NCBI RefSeq assembly: GCF_006345805.1
Contig: NC_043010.1
Coordinates: 50,654,001 to 50,718,000 of the forward strand
Direction of reading: 5' to 3'
DNA length: 64,000 bases
Origin: Octopus sinensis
Taxonomy: Eukaryota
Within the stretch, counting starts at the first letter, position 1; every line of letters begins with the position of its first letter. Of this stretch, positions 51,701 through 63,906 are shown one piece after another. The notes beneath the pieces are model-generated. The model was not told the origin of the DNA, did no database searches, and saw only the letters and a program-made list of their open reading frames with translations. Both the position numbers and the translations under genes were made by a program.

Positions 51701-54482
51701 AAAATTTTCAAAAATGTTTGGGGAAAATTTTCGAAATATTTTGGGGTAAAATTTTCAGTGAAAATTTTAGAAAAATTTTTGGGTAAAATTTTTGGTGAAA
51801 ATTTTCGAAAATCCATATAACGAATATGCTCCATATGCTGATGTCTATAAACCTCGATATGGTCATAGTTGTTAAGTGTAAAGTAGAATCTGGTGTATCG
51901 TTGATCGTTAGGCATCTTGACTGTAATATTAAACCAGAATTCACTCTATTCAAAGAAAGCATAAGAAGCAGCCACATAAAATTCTATTTTTAGCCATAAC
52001 ATTTATATTTAGGTCGGGGAAAATTTTCGAAAAATTTTTGGGTAAAAGTTCCGAAAAATTTTGGGTTTTATTTTCGGTGATATTGGCATTTCTGGCCTTC
52101 CATACTTTGTGATTTTGCACCGCTGGCTTTCCATACTGTGTGATTTTGGCATCGCCGGCTTTCCCTACTTTGGGTAAATTTTTCAGTGAATTTTTGGGTA
52201 AATTTTTCGGTAAAAATTTTCGAACAATTTTAGTGGAAAATTTGGGGAAAATTTTATTGGAAAATTTAGTTGCAAATTTGTGGAAAATTTTCGGCAAAAG
52301 TTTTCGAAAAATTTTGGTGAAAATTTTCGAAAAATTTTCGTAAATTTTTTGGTAAAATTTTGAATGAAAATTTTCGGAAACCCATATAACGACTATGTTC
52401 CATATGCTGATGTCTATAAACGTCGATATGGTCATAGTTGTCAAGTGTAAAGTAGAATCTGGTGTATCGGTGATCGTGAGGCATCTTGACTGTAATATTA
52501 AACCAGAATTCACTCTATACAAACAAAGCAGCAGAAGCAGCCACCTAAAATTCTATTTTTAGCGATAACATCTATTTTTAGGTCGGGGAAAATTTTCGAA
52601 AAATTTTTGGGTAAAATTTTAGGTGAAAGTTTTCAAAAAATATTCGGACAAAATTTTCAGTGAAAATTTTCGAAAAATTTTTGGGTAAAATCTTTGGTGA
52701 AAATTTTCGAAAATCCATATAACGAATATGCTCCATATGCTGAAGTCTATAAACGTCGATATGGTCATAGTTGTTAAGTGTAAAGTAGAATCTGGTGTAT
52801 CGGTGATCGTGAGGCATCTTGACTGTAATATTAAACCAGAATTCACTCTATACAAAGAAAGCAGCAGAATCAGCCACCTAAAATTCTACTTTTAGCCATA
52901 ACATCTATTTTTAGCTCAGGGAAAATTTTAGAAAAATTTTTGGGGAAAATTTTCCGTGAAAATTTTCTAAAAATTTTTGGGTAAAATTTTGTGTGATTTT
53001 GGCACCGCTGGCTTTCCATATTTTGTGATTTCGGCACCTCTGTCCTTCCATACTTTGTGATTTTGGCACCGCTAGCTTTCCATACTTTATGATTTCTGCA
53101 CCGCTAGGTTTCCATACTTTGTGATGTTGGCACCACTGATTTTCCATACTTTGGGGAAAATTTTCGGAGAAAACTTTCGAAAAATACGGGTAAATTTTTC
53201 GGTGAAAATTTTCGGAAAATTTTTGGAGAAAATTTTCGTAAAATTTTTGGGGAGAATTTTTCGTGAAATTTTTCGAAAAATTTTTGGGTAAAATTTTTGG
53301 TTAAAATTTTGGAAAGATTTTGGTGAAAATTTTCGAAAAATTTTTGGGGAAATTTCGAAAAATTTTCGGTGATTTTGGCACCATTGGCTTTCCATACTTT
53401 ATGAATTTGGCACCTCCGGCCTTCCATACTTTGTGACTTTGGCACCGCTAGCTTTCCACACTTTGTGATTTTGGCACCGCTGGCTTTCCATACTTTGTGA
53501 TGTTGGCACCACTGATTTTCCATACTTTGGGGAAAATTTTCGGAGAAAACTTTCGAAAAATACTTGGGTAAATTTTTCGGTGAAAATTTTCGGAAAATTT
53601 TTGGGGAAAATTTTCGTAAAATTTTTGGGGAGAATTTTTCGTGAAATTTTTCGAAAAATTTTTGGGTAAAATTTTTGGTTAAAATTTTGGAAAGATTTTG
53701 GTGAAAATTTTCGAAAAATTTTTGGGGAAATTTCGAAAAATTTTCGGTGATTTTGGCACCATTGGCTTTCCATACTTTATGAATTTGGCACCTCCGGCCT
53801 TCCATACTTTGTGATTTTGGCACCGCTAGCTTTCCACACTTTGTGATTTTGGCACCGCTGGCTTTCCATACTTTGTGATTTTGTCACCGCTGGCTTTCCA
53901 TACTCGGGGGAAAATTTTCGGAGAAAATTAAAAAAAAATCTTTGGGTAAATTTTTTGGTGAAAATTTTCGAAAAATTTTAGTGGAAAATTTTAGTGGACA
54001 ATTTAGTGGAAAATTTGGGGAAAAGTTTTTGCAAAAGTTTTCGAAAAAATTTGGTGAAAATTTTCGAAAAATTTTTGGGGAAAGATTTCGAAAAATTTTC
54101 GGGTGAAATTTTCGGTGATTTTGGCACAATTGGCCTTCCATACTTTATGATTTTGGCACCCCTGGCCATCCATACTTTGTGATTTCGGCACCGCTAGCTT
54201 TCCATACTTTGTAAATTTGGCACCGCTGGCTTTCCATACTTTGTGATTTTGGCACCGCTGGCTTTCCATACTTTAGGTAAAATTTTCGGATAAAATTTTC
54301 GAAAAATCTTTGGGTAAATTTTTCGGTGAAAATTTTCGCAAAATTTTTGTGGAAAATTTGGGGAAAATTTTAGTGGAAAATTGAGTGGAAAATTTTCGAA
54401 AAATTTTCGGCAAAATTTTCGAAAAATTTTCGGCAAAATTTTCGAAAAATTTTGTTGAAAATTTTCCCCCAAAATTTCTCAA
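45782..54482. repeat. 8.7-kb complex satellite: A/T-tract spacers, ~13 copies of a ~200-bp CRESS-Rep-like unit and blocks of 32-bp repeats
   Basis: Units at about 46889, 47190, 47477(partial), 48540, 48830, 49570, 49862, 51052(partial), 51240, 51488, 51811, 52380, 52713; each complete unit translates to ..RF(C/Y)FTL(N/D)NY..I.VYR.Q(H/N)MEHIRYMGF or a close variant. Confidence 0.9.
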
Positions 54483-54675
54483 ATTCGTTAGTGCCGACTC
54501 CAACAATTATCGTAATACATACCGCTACAATTTTCTGCAAAAATGAATATCCCCTCTTTTAGGAGTGTCCAGGACTAAATTACTTACAGTGCTCGTTCTC
54601 AATCTTTTTAACGTCAATGCACATTCGAGGTCAAACCACAGATAGTGATATGGTTATGTGGTAGAGAAGAGAAAG

Positions 54676-55063
54676 TGAGCTAGTGAAAGTGAGAGTGTTG
54701 GGACGAAACAACTGCTTCGTTGGTGAGTTACCATAGTTGTCCCTCTGTATCTTTTCGTTCAGCCGGTCAGCCAGCTCGGCTCTCACTTACTGACTTTGGC
54801 TTATGGAGTTCTTGTATTTATAACTGTACAAAACTAGTTCGAAAAATAGGTATATTGCAGAGAACAATAGATTCTAACTTTTCTTGGCCTAGAAGAGGTT
54901 AGAAGGGTCAAGTGGCAAATACATAAATCGGTTTGGCAATGCCATATGTTAAATGTAACTGCTGTCACTATTGTTTTTCTGTGAGAAAAGTGCTGTTGAA
55001 ATATTAAGGGGAAAATTTGCCGATTCAGGTTCGAACCTGCTCTATGCCTAAATGAACCACTAC
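54676..55063 (+). repeat. Unclassified repeat, paralog of 13240-13703
   Basis: Shared colinear blocks; B-box-like hairpin caggttcgaacctg near its 3' end. Confidence 0.6.
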
Positions 55064-55100
55064 ACCTTCTATCATAGGTCTATTTTATGAGGACCATATA

Positions 55101-56326
55101 TTGGGTTGGCAAGAAAGTAATTTTCTTTTTCACAAATAGAGTTACAATTTTTTTGAAGGACTATTGTCAATGTTATGGTGTTTTCCTTTTGACATTTGAT
55201 AGCCGTTACTTTTAGCTTACTTTAGAAGCAAATTGCGCGTAATTTTGTTTACAGCTGTTAGTTCAATGTCAATTTTAACATGAAGTGCAAAAACGAACAT
55301 TTTCACCATATTTTGCTTTCTTATTTCCATAAAGGCAAGAAAGCTGCCGAGAGACTCACAAAGAAATATTTGAAGTTTATGGTGTTGATTGCTTAACACA
55401 ATGCACATGTCAGAAATGGTTTTAAAAATTTCGTTTTGGAAATTTTTCACACGAAGATGACCAACGTTCTAGTCGACCTACTAAAGTTGATGATGACCTA
55501 ATCAAGGCCATAATTGAATCTGATTCTCATATAACTGTGCGAGAGATTGCAGAGATGTTAAATGTATCACACACAACAGTTGAAGATCACTTAAAACGTC
55601 TTGGACTCGTTAAGAAGCTTGATATTTGGGTTCCACATCAATTGAAAGAGATCACTTAATACAACGAATCAATATTTGCGATATGCATCTCAAACGTAAT
55701 GAAATTGACTTTTATTTGAAACGAATCATCGGATTGTCTATAATAACATCAATCAAAAACGACCATGGTCCATGCATAATGAACCAGCACAAACTTCATC
55801 GAAAGCTGAATTGCATAAAAAAAGGTTATACTGCCAATTTGGTGGGATTACAAAGGTGCTGTGTGTTTTGAGCTGCTTCCAAGGAACCAAACGATCAATT
55901 CAGATGTTTACTGTCAACAACTAATGAAACTAGAGGAAGCAAAAAAAAAAAAAAACGGCCAGAATTGGTAAATCGTAAAGGAATCGTATTCCGCCATGAC
56001 AACGCTAGACCACACATGTCTTTACTAACTCGTGAAAATTTACCGGAGCGTGGTTGGGAAGTGTTGTCACTGACCATTTATTTCGAAGTTAGCAAAATTT
56101 TTTGAATGTAAAATTTCAATATTGATGATGACCTGAAATCGCACTTGCTTCAGTTTTTGACTGATAAGGACCAGGAGTTCTATATGAAGTTGCTAAAAAA
56201 TGGCAATAAGCCATCGAACAAAATGGAAAATATATAATTGATTAAAGTTCATTATTTGTATGAAAAAAAAATGACTTCTTTTTCACGCTAAAATAAAAAA
56301 ACGAGATTACTTTCTTGCCAACCCAA
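55101..56326 (+). mobile_element. Mariner (Tc1/mariner) transposon, full length but decayed
   Basis: TA|ttgggttggcaagaaagtaat ... attactttcttgccaacccaa|TA; transposase remnant 55280-56245 with HTH region, WVPHQL and FRHDNARPH motifs; frameshifts and stops. Confidence 0.93.
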
Positions 56327-56789
56327 TAGTCTCTGGTTTTTATGTATGTTTATAGATGCAGATGGGGCTGTCTGCGTAGATGTTCATTTTCCAACCACAT
56401 GGTTTCAGATTCGCCATGGCAAATGTCTTTACGGGTTGACCAAAGCCTTGTGAATGGATTTGGAACTCATCGTGTGTCTGTATCGTGGACTCTCCCGTCG
56501 TTAGACGATGTATGAAGGTTCTGTAATTTCTTGCTGAACGATCACACAGATGATTTGTTTATAGTGATAAAATGCTTGTGTATACAGAAGGTCACTCCCT
56601 CCATCAAATCGACATTACCTGTACAGGTGCACGATATGTCACAGGTCAGTTGACGAAATGGTCGTAGAGCAACGTGAAATGATAAGAAAGATAAAATATA
56701 AAAAAACTTGTTGGGGTATCTAACGGTGGCTAGAATATGTAGGCAGATTAGAAGGAAAAATCCACGTTTCCCAACCATATTGGTTTCAG

Positions 56790-57722
56790 ATTTAGGCACA
56801 AGGCCAGTAACTTTGGAGAAGCGGATAAGTCGATTGCATCGACCCCGGTACTCAACTGATAATTATTTTATCGACCTCGAAACGATAAAAGATAAAGTCG
56901 ACACCAGCGGAGTTTGAACTCAGAACGTTTATACGAACGAAATACTGTTAAGCATTTTGCCCGGTGTGCTAACGATTCTTCCAGCTCACCGCCTTACGCT
57001 CTTTAACCATATTTAGCTTCAACTTTTGACACAAGGTCAACAAGTTGAATAGGTGGGGGTGGGGTAAGTCGATTACAAAGACCCCCAGTACGCAACTGGT
57101 ACTTAATTTATCGACCCCGAAAGGATGAAAGGCAAAGTCGACCTTGGCGGAATTTCAACTCAGAACGTATAGACGAACAAAATACCGCTAAACATTTTGC
57201 CCGGCGTGCTAACAATTCTGCCAGTTCGCCGCCAAAACGTTTCCTCGCCATACTGCAATAACGAGGCAACGTTCTCATCTTCCAGCATGTTCTAACTTAG
57301 CGAAAAACATACAATCAAACAGAACTTCAGCTTCTTGGGTTGGTGGTACCTTGGAATGGTAATATTGAGTTGACGGTACCTTGGAGAGGTGAGGTGGCGA
57401 GCTGGCAGAATCGTTAGCACGCCGGACGAAATGCTTTGCGGTATTTCGTCTGTCGCTACATTCTGAGTTCAAATTCCGCCGAGTCGACTTTGCCTTTCAT
57501 CCTTTCGGGGTCGATTAAATAAGTACCAGTTACACACTGGGGTCGATATAATCGACTTAATCCGTGTGTCTGTCCTTGTTCATCCCTTCTGTGTTTAGCC
57601 CCTTGTGGGTAGTAAAGAAATAGGTATTTCGTCTGCCGTTACGTTGTGAGTTCAAATTCCGCTGAGGTCGACTTTGCCTTTCATCCTTTCGGGGTCAATT
57701 AATTAAGTACCAATTACGCACT
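56790..57722. mobile_element. SINE family B cluster (diverged minus copies, then a plus dimer from 57390)
   Basis: Repeated family B core in both orientations. Confidence 0.8.
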
Positions 57723-57991
57723 CTCATAACACCAAAGATTCTTTGAAAGCTGCGATAGTCAGAGTAATGTCCAAAATGAACCGGGACCACTTGATTCGAG
57801 CATGTAGATGATTCAGATCTCATACAAAAGCAGTTGTTGAAGCTGAAGGTGACTTTATAGAATAACATTATAGAAAAGAAGGTTTATTCTTATCCTTATA
57901 GCATTTTTTTGATAAATAAAGTTACTATCAGTTAAATACTTGTTTTTTTTTTAAATAAACACAAATCTGTCCTCAAATATCTTACGTATCA

Positions 57992-58044
<53 letters not shown>

Positions 58045-58528
58045 TATATATATATATATATATAACTGTAATATAATATGTGACAATTATTTGGTTGCCA
58101 TAATAATTGTCACATTATATTTCAGATAAATTCCTCTATTTACATAATATCGAGGTCTCTTTCATTCTTTTGTTGTCTTACCATTACTATTAATATATAT
58201 CTCTATATATAAAATATATATATATAACGAACTCATAGGCTTAAAAGAAAGTCGAATTGTTCGAATAAAACTCTTCAGGGCAGTGCCGCAGCATGATTGA
58301 AAAAGTAACAATAAAACAATTTATGTGTGTGTGTGTGGTGTGTGTGAATATATATATATTTGTATTTAATATATATGTGTGTGAGAACATTTTTTCAAGT
58401 TTTATATTTTCTGCAATATGGGAGATAACTTTTACTTTGAGAGTTGTTTCCCTTGAAAAATATTGCCTTATGAATCCGATTATACTTCTTCAGATAACCT
58501 GTCAGCCTTAAATATAAACTATTATTTT

Positions 58529-58568
<40 letters not shown>

Positions 58569-58595
58569 TTAGGAGAGAACTAGTTACTACATCAA

Positions 58596-59032
58596 GGCGA
58601 AGTTTCGCATGTCGTAGCACAGATTTCCGTCGATTTCCGTAAAAAACTTTTATTTTTTTACATAAGTAATGAGAGCGAAAGAGACTAAGAGGAAGCGATT
58701 TTATGACGAGAAGGTTTCTCTTTGAAATCGGCCTGTGTGTGTTTGATGGGGTGTGGGAGACAGACAGTATGTTGTGTAAGTGAAGTGCTTCTGTTAGTGT
58801 GTGTGAAGAGACAGAGAGAGTAATGTGTGAAAGAGAGAGATAACTGATTTTTTACTCGGTGTATGTGTATATGTATGTATGCATGTATGTGTGTGTGTGT
58901 GTATGTATCTATGTATGTGTGTGTGTGTGTAAGTATGTGTGTGTGTATGTATGTATGTATGGCCGATTCATCGTAATTTTTTACTCGGTGTATGTGTATA
59001 TGTATGTCTGCATGTATGTGTGTGTGTGTATG

Positions 59033-59069
<37 letters not shown>

Positions 59070-59415
59070 GTATGTGTGTGTGTATGTATGTATGTATGTG
59101 TGTGTGTGTATGTATCTATGTATGTGTGTGTGTGTATGTATGTATGTATGGCCGATTCATCGTAATTTTTTACTCGGTGTATGTGTATATGTATGTCTGT
59201 CTCTTCGCACACACTAACAGAAGCACTTCACTTACACAACATACTGTCTGTCTCCCACACCCCATCAAACACACAAAGGCCGACTTCAAAGTGAAACCTT
59301 CTCGTCGTAAAATCGCTTCCTCTTAGTCTCTTTCGCTCTCATTACTTATGTAAAAAAATAAAAGTTTTTTACGGAAATCGACGGAAATCTGTGCTACTAC
59401 AACCGAAACTATGCC
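58596..59415. mobile_element. Non-autonomous foldback DNA transposon with ~210-bp TIRs and 9-bp TSD (Mutator-like)
   Basis: TSD ctacatcaa at 58587-58595 and 59416-59424; ends ggcgaagtttcg... / ...ccgaaactatgcc; arms nearly perfectly complementary. Confidence 0.88.
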
Positions 59416-59740
59416 CTACATCAAATATATTTCTGTGGATCACTGAAGTCTTACATCACCATGTTATTTCCTTCAAAAAGCTTAGCGACATTTCGTCCGT
59501 CTAGTTTCCGTCGACCAAATTTACTCATAAAGGTTTTGGTTGGCCAGAGGCTATAGTAGAAGACACTTGCCCAAGGTGCCATGCAGTGAGACTGAGCCGG
59601 AAACCATGTGGTTGGGAATCAAGCTTCTTACCACACAGCCACGCCCGCACCTATATGTAGACTGCCTTAATGAAATAAGTTACACTGTCGCTTGTTATGG
59701 TTTCTTATCGAACACTGCTCATTTTTTGTTTTCTATACTT

Positions 59741-60069
59741 GGATCTTTTCAGTTTGAACGGCAGTTTTTTCTAGCGGTGTCATTTTCTTCACAAATGTAA
59801 ATAAACCCAATCTGTTTCTTAAACGAGGGACATATTCATACGGCACAGAATGTTGTTTTTTTTTTACCTCAATAGACGTCACTGACTGGTTAAAATTGCA
59901 GAAATTGAAGAAAAAAAAACAACAAATATTTTACAAACTATAAAATTTTCTCAATAAAGCCAAGAGAAAAAGATGTTTTATTAACACATTCTACCAGTAT
60001 ACGAAGTTTAAAAGTGTTTAGTTACGTGGAAATTATTTTTAAAAACTGCCGTTCAAACCGAAAAGATCC
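59741..60069 (+). mobile_element. GGATC-TIR MITE with internal deletion, 8-bp TSD
   Basis: TSD ctatactt at 59733-59740 and 60070-60077. Confidence 0.92.
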
Positions 60070-60198
60070 CTATACTTGTCCCTCACTTGTTGAAGATAAC
60101 TGACTTCCTACGGTGATGATTATTTTATCATCCATATATCCATAATAATAATATAAATAATATATATATATATCTATATATGTATATATATCTATATA

Positions 60199-60248
<50 letters not shown>

Positions 60249-60252
60249 TGCG

Positions 60253-60554
60253 TATATACATACGTATATGTACATACTTACATCTATACGTATATATATA
60301 TATAAGCATATGTGGGAACAGGACGTCATGAAACGTGTGCAACACGAAATACGAGAATAGAAAAACAGCCCAAAACTGATGAAGGGTCGTTCTTTATGTT
60401 GCTTGTTTTGTTTTCCATTTGTGTCTTTCGTTGTTTGAAGGAATAGTTCATGTTCCATGTACTCATGCTTAATATTTTTTTGTTGTACACATTTCATGAC
60501 GTCCTGTTCCCACATATGCTTATATATGAATAGATGTAAGTATGTACATATACG

Positions 60555-60571
<17 letters not shown>
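60253..60571. repeat. Inverted repeat, ~100-bp arms with ~120-nt loop
   Basis: tacatacttacatctat...gtgggaacaggacgtcatgaaa versus tttcatgacgtcctgttcccac...atagatgtaagtatgta. Confidence 0.85.
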
Positions 60572-60603
<32 letters not shown>

Positions 60604-60665
60604 TATATATATATTATATGACTGAATGCCACACATCCTCTTCCAAGTAAGTTTTATCTAATCTA

Positions 60666-60755
<90 letters not shown>

Positions 60756-62199
60756 ATATATATATATATATATATATAAATATAATTCTCTCTTGGAACA
60801 GTGAATCTCAAAGCTCATAAAGCTATAAATAATAACATGTAAAAATTGGATGAAAAACTCTTATGAGTAAATTTGGTAGATGGAAACTAGTTGGACGAAA
60901 TGTAGCTAAGCTTTTGTGAAAGAAATAACATGGTGATGTAAGACTTCGGTGATCCACAGAAATATATTTGATGTAGTGACTAGTTCTCTCCTAAGCCTAA
61001 GCATATATATATATAAAAGTAGTGCGTCGCTAGGAATTGAACTCAGAACCTTGCAATCTTGAGCTGAATATATTAACCACTAAGCCACGTGCCTTCAGAT
61101 GATTACATTGACACTGATCTAAAAGCTAAGATTGTATATGCTGCATTCTTTTGTTTTTTATAGCATAGCTGTTCTGACACATAGAGATTGATGAAATAAG
61201 TACCTGCCTAAAATAACTATTATGGTTGATAGGAATGAGTAAAACCCTTCAATGCAGTGCCCCAGCTCTGTAGCAGACCATTGCCTTATACCAATAAAAT
61301 ACTCTTCTACTCTAGGCACAAGGCCAAAAATTTTGGGAGAGGGGGGGGCAGTCAATTAGATTGACCCCAGTATGCAACTGGTACTTAATTTAACAACCCC
61401 AAAATAATAATGAAAGGCAAAGTCGACCTCGGTAGAATTTGAACTCAGAACATAAAGACAGATGAAATACTGCTAAGCGTTTCACCTGGTGTGCTAACAT
61501 TTCTGCCAGCTTGCTGCCTTCTTATACCAATAAAATAATACAAGAATATTGGATAGAATACCTCATTGTATTTGTTTCAACCTTCTGTGCTCTGTCAAGA
61601 CTGATATAAAGGTACCAGTCCAGAGTTGTGAATCGATGGAACTGTTAGAGAATTATGCAAAGTGCTTTACAGTATTTATTCTAGTTCTTTGTATTCTGTC
61701 ACTGCAACAACAGTGGTGCCAAACAGTATCGGCCAGTGCTGTCTTAAAACAAGAGCACACTGGGCAGTTGGCCTGGAAACCTCATGGGTTTAGGGGCCCA
61801 ATTCTGGTCTGTACATGCTGTGACTTACTGTCAATAAAAAAAATACTATAGAGCCATGTGCAATGATTTGCCCAGAAGCCTATAAGCCTGCTACAACAGC
61901 TCTGGTATCAGCCCAAGTTGGCAGACATTTCCTTGTAGCAGATAGAGAGAGAGAGAGAGAGAGATAGCTGACCCAACCTTGGTTGATCAAATTCTAGTTT
62001 GCATCCCTCTGCCCTTCCTATCCAAAGCCACCTTGTAACCGTCTCTGCAGCTTCATTAAGGGAACTCATAGCCTTCCTTTTTATATCAGTTCCTCTTGTG
62101 CTCTCATGTTGGGCAGCAAATTGAAACCACCCGTCTCGGTTGTGTTTTTCTTTACATCCAGCCATGTGATATTAGTTGCTTATGAATGTTCTCTGCCTT

Positions 62200-62515
62200 A
62201 TAGTTTTCAGTCTTCTCTTTTGTTTTTTGCCTTCCAGTGGTGTCCATTTGAAAGCTGTTTTAGGATGGCATTGTTTTGATAACCAGAATGTATGTGATCT
62301 GCTAGTTTTAATTTTCATTCTGTGATGATTTCATTAAGTGGTCCTGCATTGGCTTTCTTTAGAATGTCTTCCTTACTTTTGTGGCCTTGTCGCTATATTC
62401 TCACAATCCTTCTCAAGCATCTTTGGTGGAACACATCTTAGGGCAGCAGTGATTTTCGTGGTGCTCTTCCATGCCTCACTGGCATAGAGAACTGTTGGAA
62501 GAAGTATGTTATTGT
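62200..62515 (-). mobile_element. RTE-type LINE RT C-terminal fragment
   Basis: LLPTVLYASEAWKST...FHQRCLRRIVRI...PKTAFKWTPLEGK across frameshifts. Confidence 0.7.
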
Positions 62516-62869
62516 TGTATTACCGGTTTTAACAAATCTCATCATGACCCCCCCAGACAGAAGATAAACTGTTTTTACTTCATATTTTTATAAATTTTTA
62601 CAGATATTTGATATGATGGGATTCATTAAAACCGGAAATATTTTCTTTATATGATAATTTTGATAAAATCATTTTTATTAAATTCCCTCTTAAATTGAAA
62701 TGTCTTTGGCTTACTTCTGTGCTATTTCTGTGTCCATCATTAAAAAAGACTTGTAACTTCTGTGAAAATACATATTCCTGAACCTCAAAGTTTCTTTGTA
62801 AGTTCTACAAGTATTGGCTTTGAGAAATGTTTTGGATACCTTCACAGTTTAATGACATTAACAACACCA

Positions 62870-62953
62870 TACAATGCAACAACAACAACAACATGACTAA
62901 GAATTGTAATAACAACAATTATAGAGTATATAATGGTTAATAATATTTTGTCT

Positions 62954-62987
<34 letters not shown>

Positions 62988-63115
62988 TAATAATAATAGC
63001 AGTAGTTGTAGTTACAATAATAATAATAGTAATAATAATAATAATAATGATAATAATGATAATAATATTAATAATTATCAATCACAATAATCATATTAAT
63101 TATAATAATGATAAA
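62870..63115. repeat. (AAC)n/(AAT)n microsatellite
   Basis: Directly visible. Confidence 0.95.
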
Positions 63116-63486
63116 TAATTTACAGATATTGTATTATATGGTGTGTGTGTGTGTGTGTGTGTGTGTGAAATGGATGACAGGAAAATCAGGCGCCCTGGAA
63201 GGGCAGCCAGTTGGTTGGTATTGCTCGTTTGCATGTAGCATTCCCATATGCATTAGAGATATGCCAGTTCCTAGCGGCAGCTAGGTGAATGGAACGGCAA
63301 ATGCAGAATGAAGTATTTTGCATATAAACAAAACAACAACAACAACAAAACCTATAGTAGTTTGAACTCATAGTATTTGAGCATGTAACCCAGCAATTTA
63401 TCATCCATCATGCTGTATATATATATATATATACATATATGTGGTGTGTGTGTATAAATGTACATGTAATATTATTATATATACAT

Positions 63487-63550
<64 letters not shown>

Positions 63551-63604
63551 AATTTATAAAAGGTTAGAGATCTTTCCAAATCAACTTTTTATATATAAAT
63601 GATA

Positions 63605-63906
63605 GAGGTGGAAATAGCACAGAAGTAGACTTTTCAATTTAAGAAGGAATTTAATAAAAATTATTAAAAAAAAAATTATCGTATGGAGAAAATATTACCG
63701 GTTTTAACAAATCTCATCATGAACCCTACACAGAAGATAAACTGTTTTTACTTAATATTTTTATAAATTTTTACTGATATTTGATATGATGAGATTCATA
63801 GAAACCGGTAATATTTTCTTTATATGATAATCTTAAAAAATCATTTTTATAAAATTCCCTCTTAAATTGAAATGTCTTTGACTTCTGTGTTATTTCTATG
63901 TCCATC
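63605..63906. repeat. Palindromic element with hammerhead-like cores; its right part is duplicated at 62518-62737
   Basis: aaaatattaccggttt/aaaccggtaatatttt and aatctcatcat/atgatgagatt inverted pairs. Confidence 0.7.

Noticed and set aside
46776-54506. ORFs of 60-240 aa full of FSKIF/ENF repeats
   Set aside because: Translation of low-complexity A/T-tract spacer; only the ~36-aa Rep-like segment carries a recognisable motif
60376-60400. CTGATGA in the loop of the 60.3-60.6 kb palindrome as a hammerhead
   Set aside because: No downstream GAAA or stem II
62842-63118. Poly-Ile ORFs
   Set aside because: (AAT)n microsatellite
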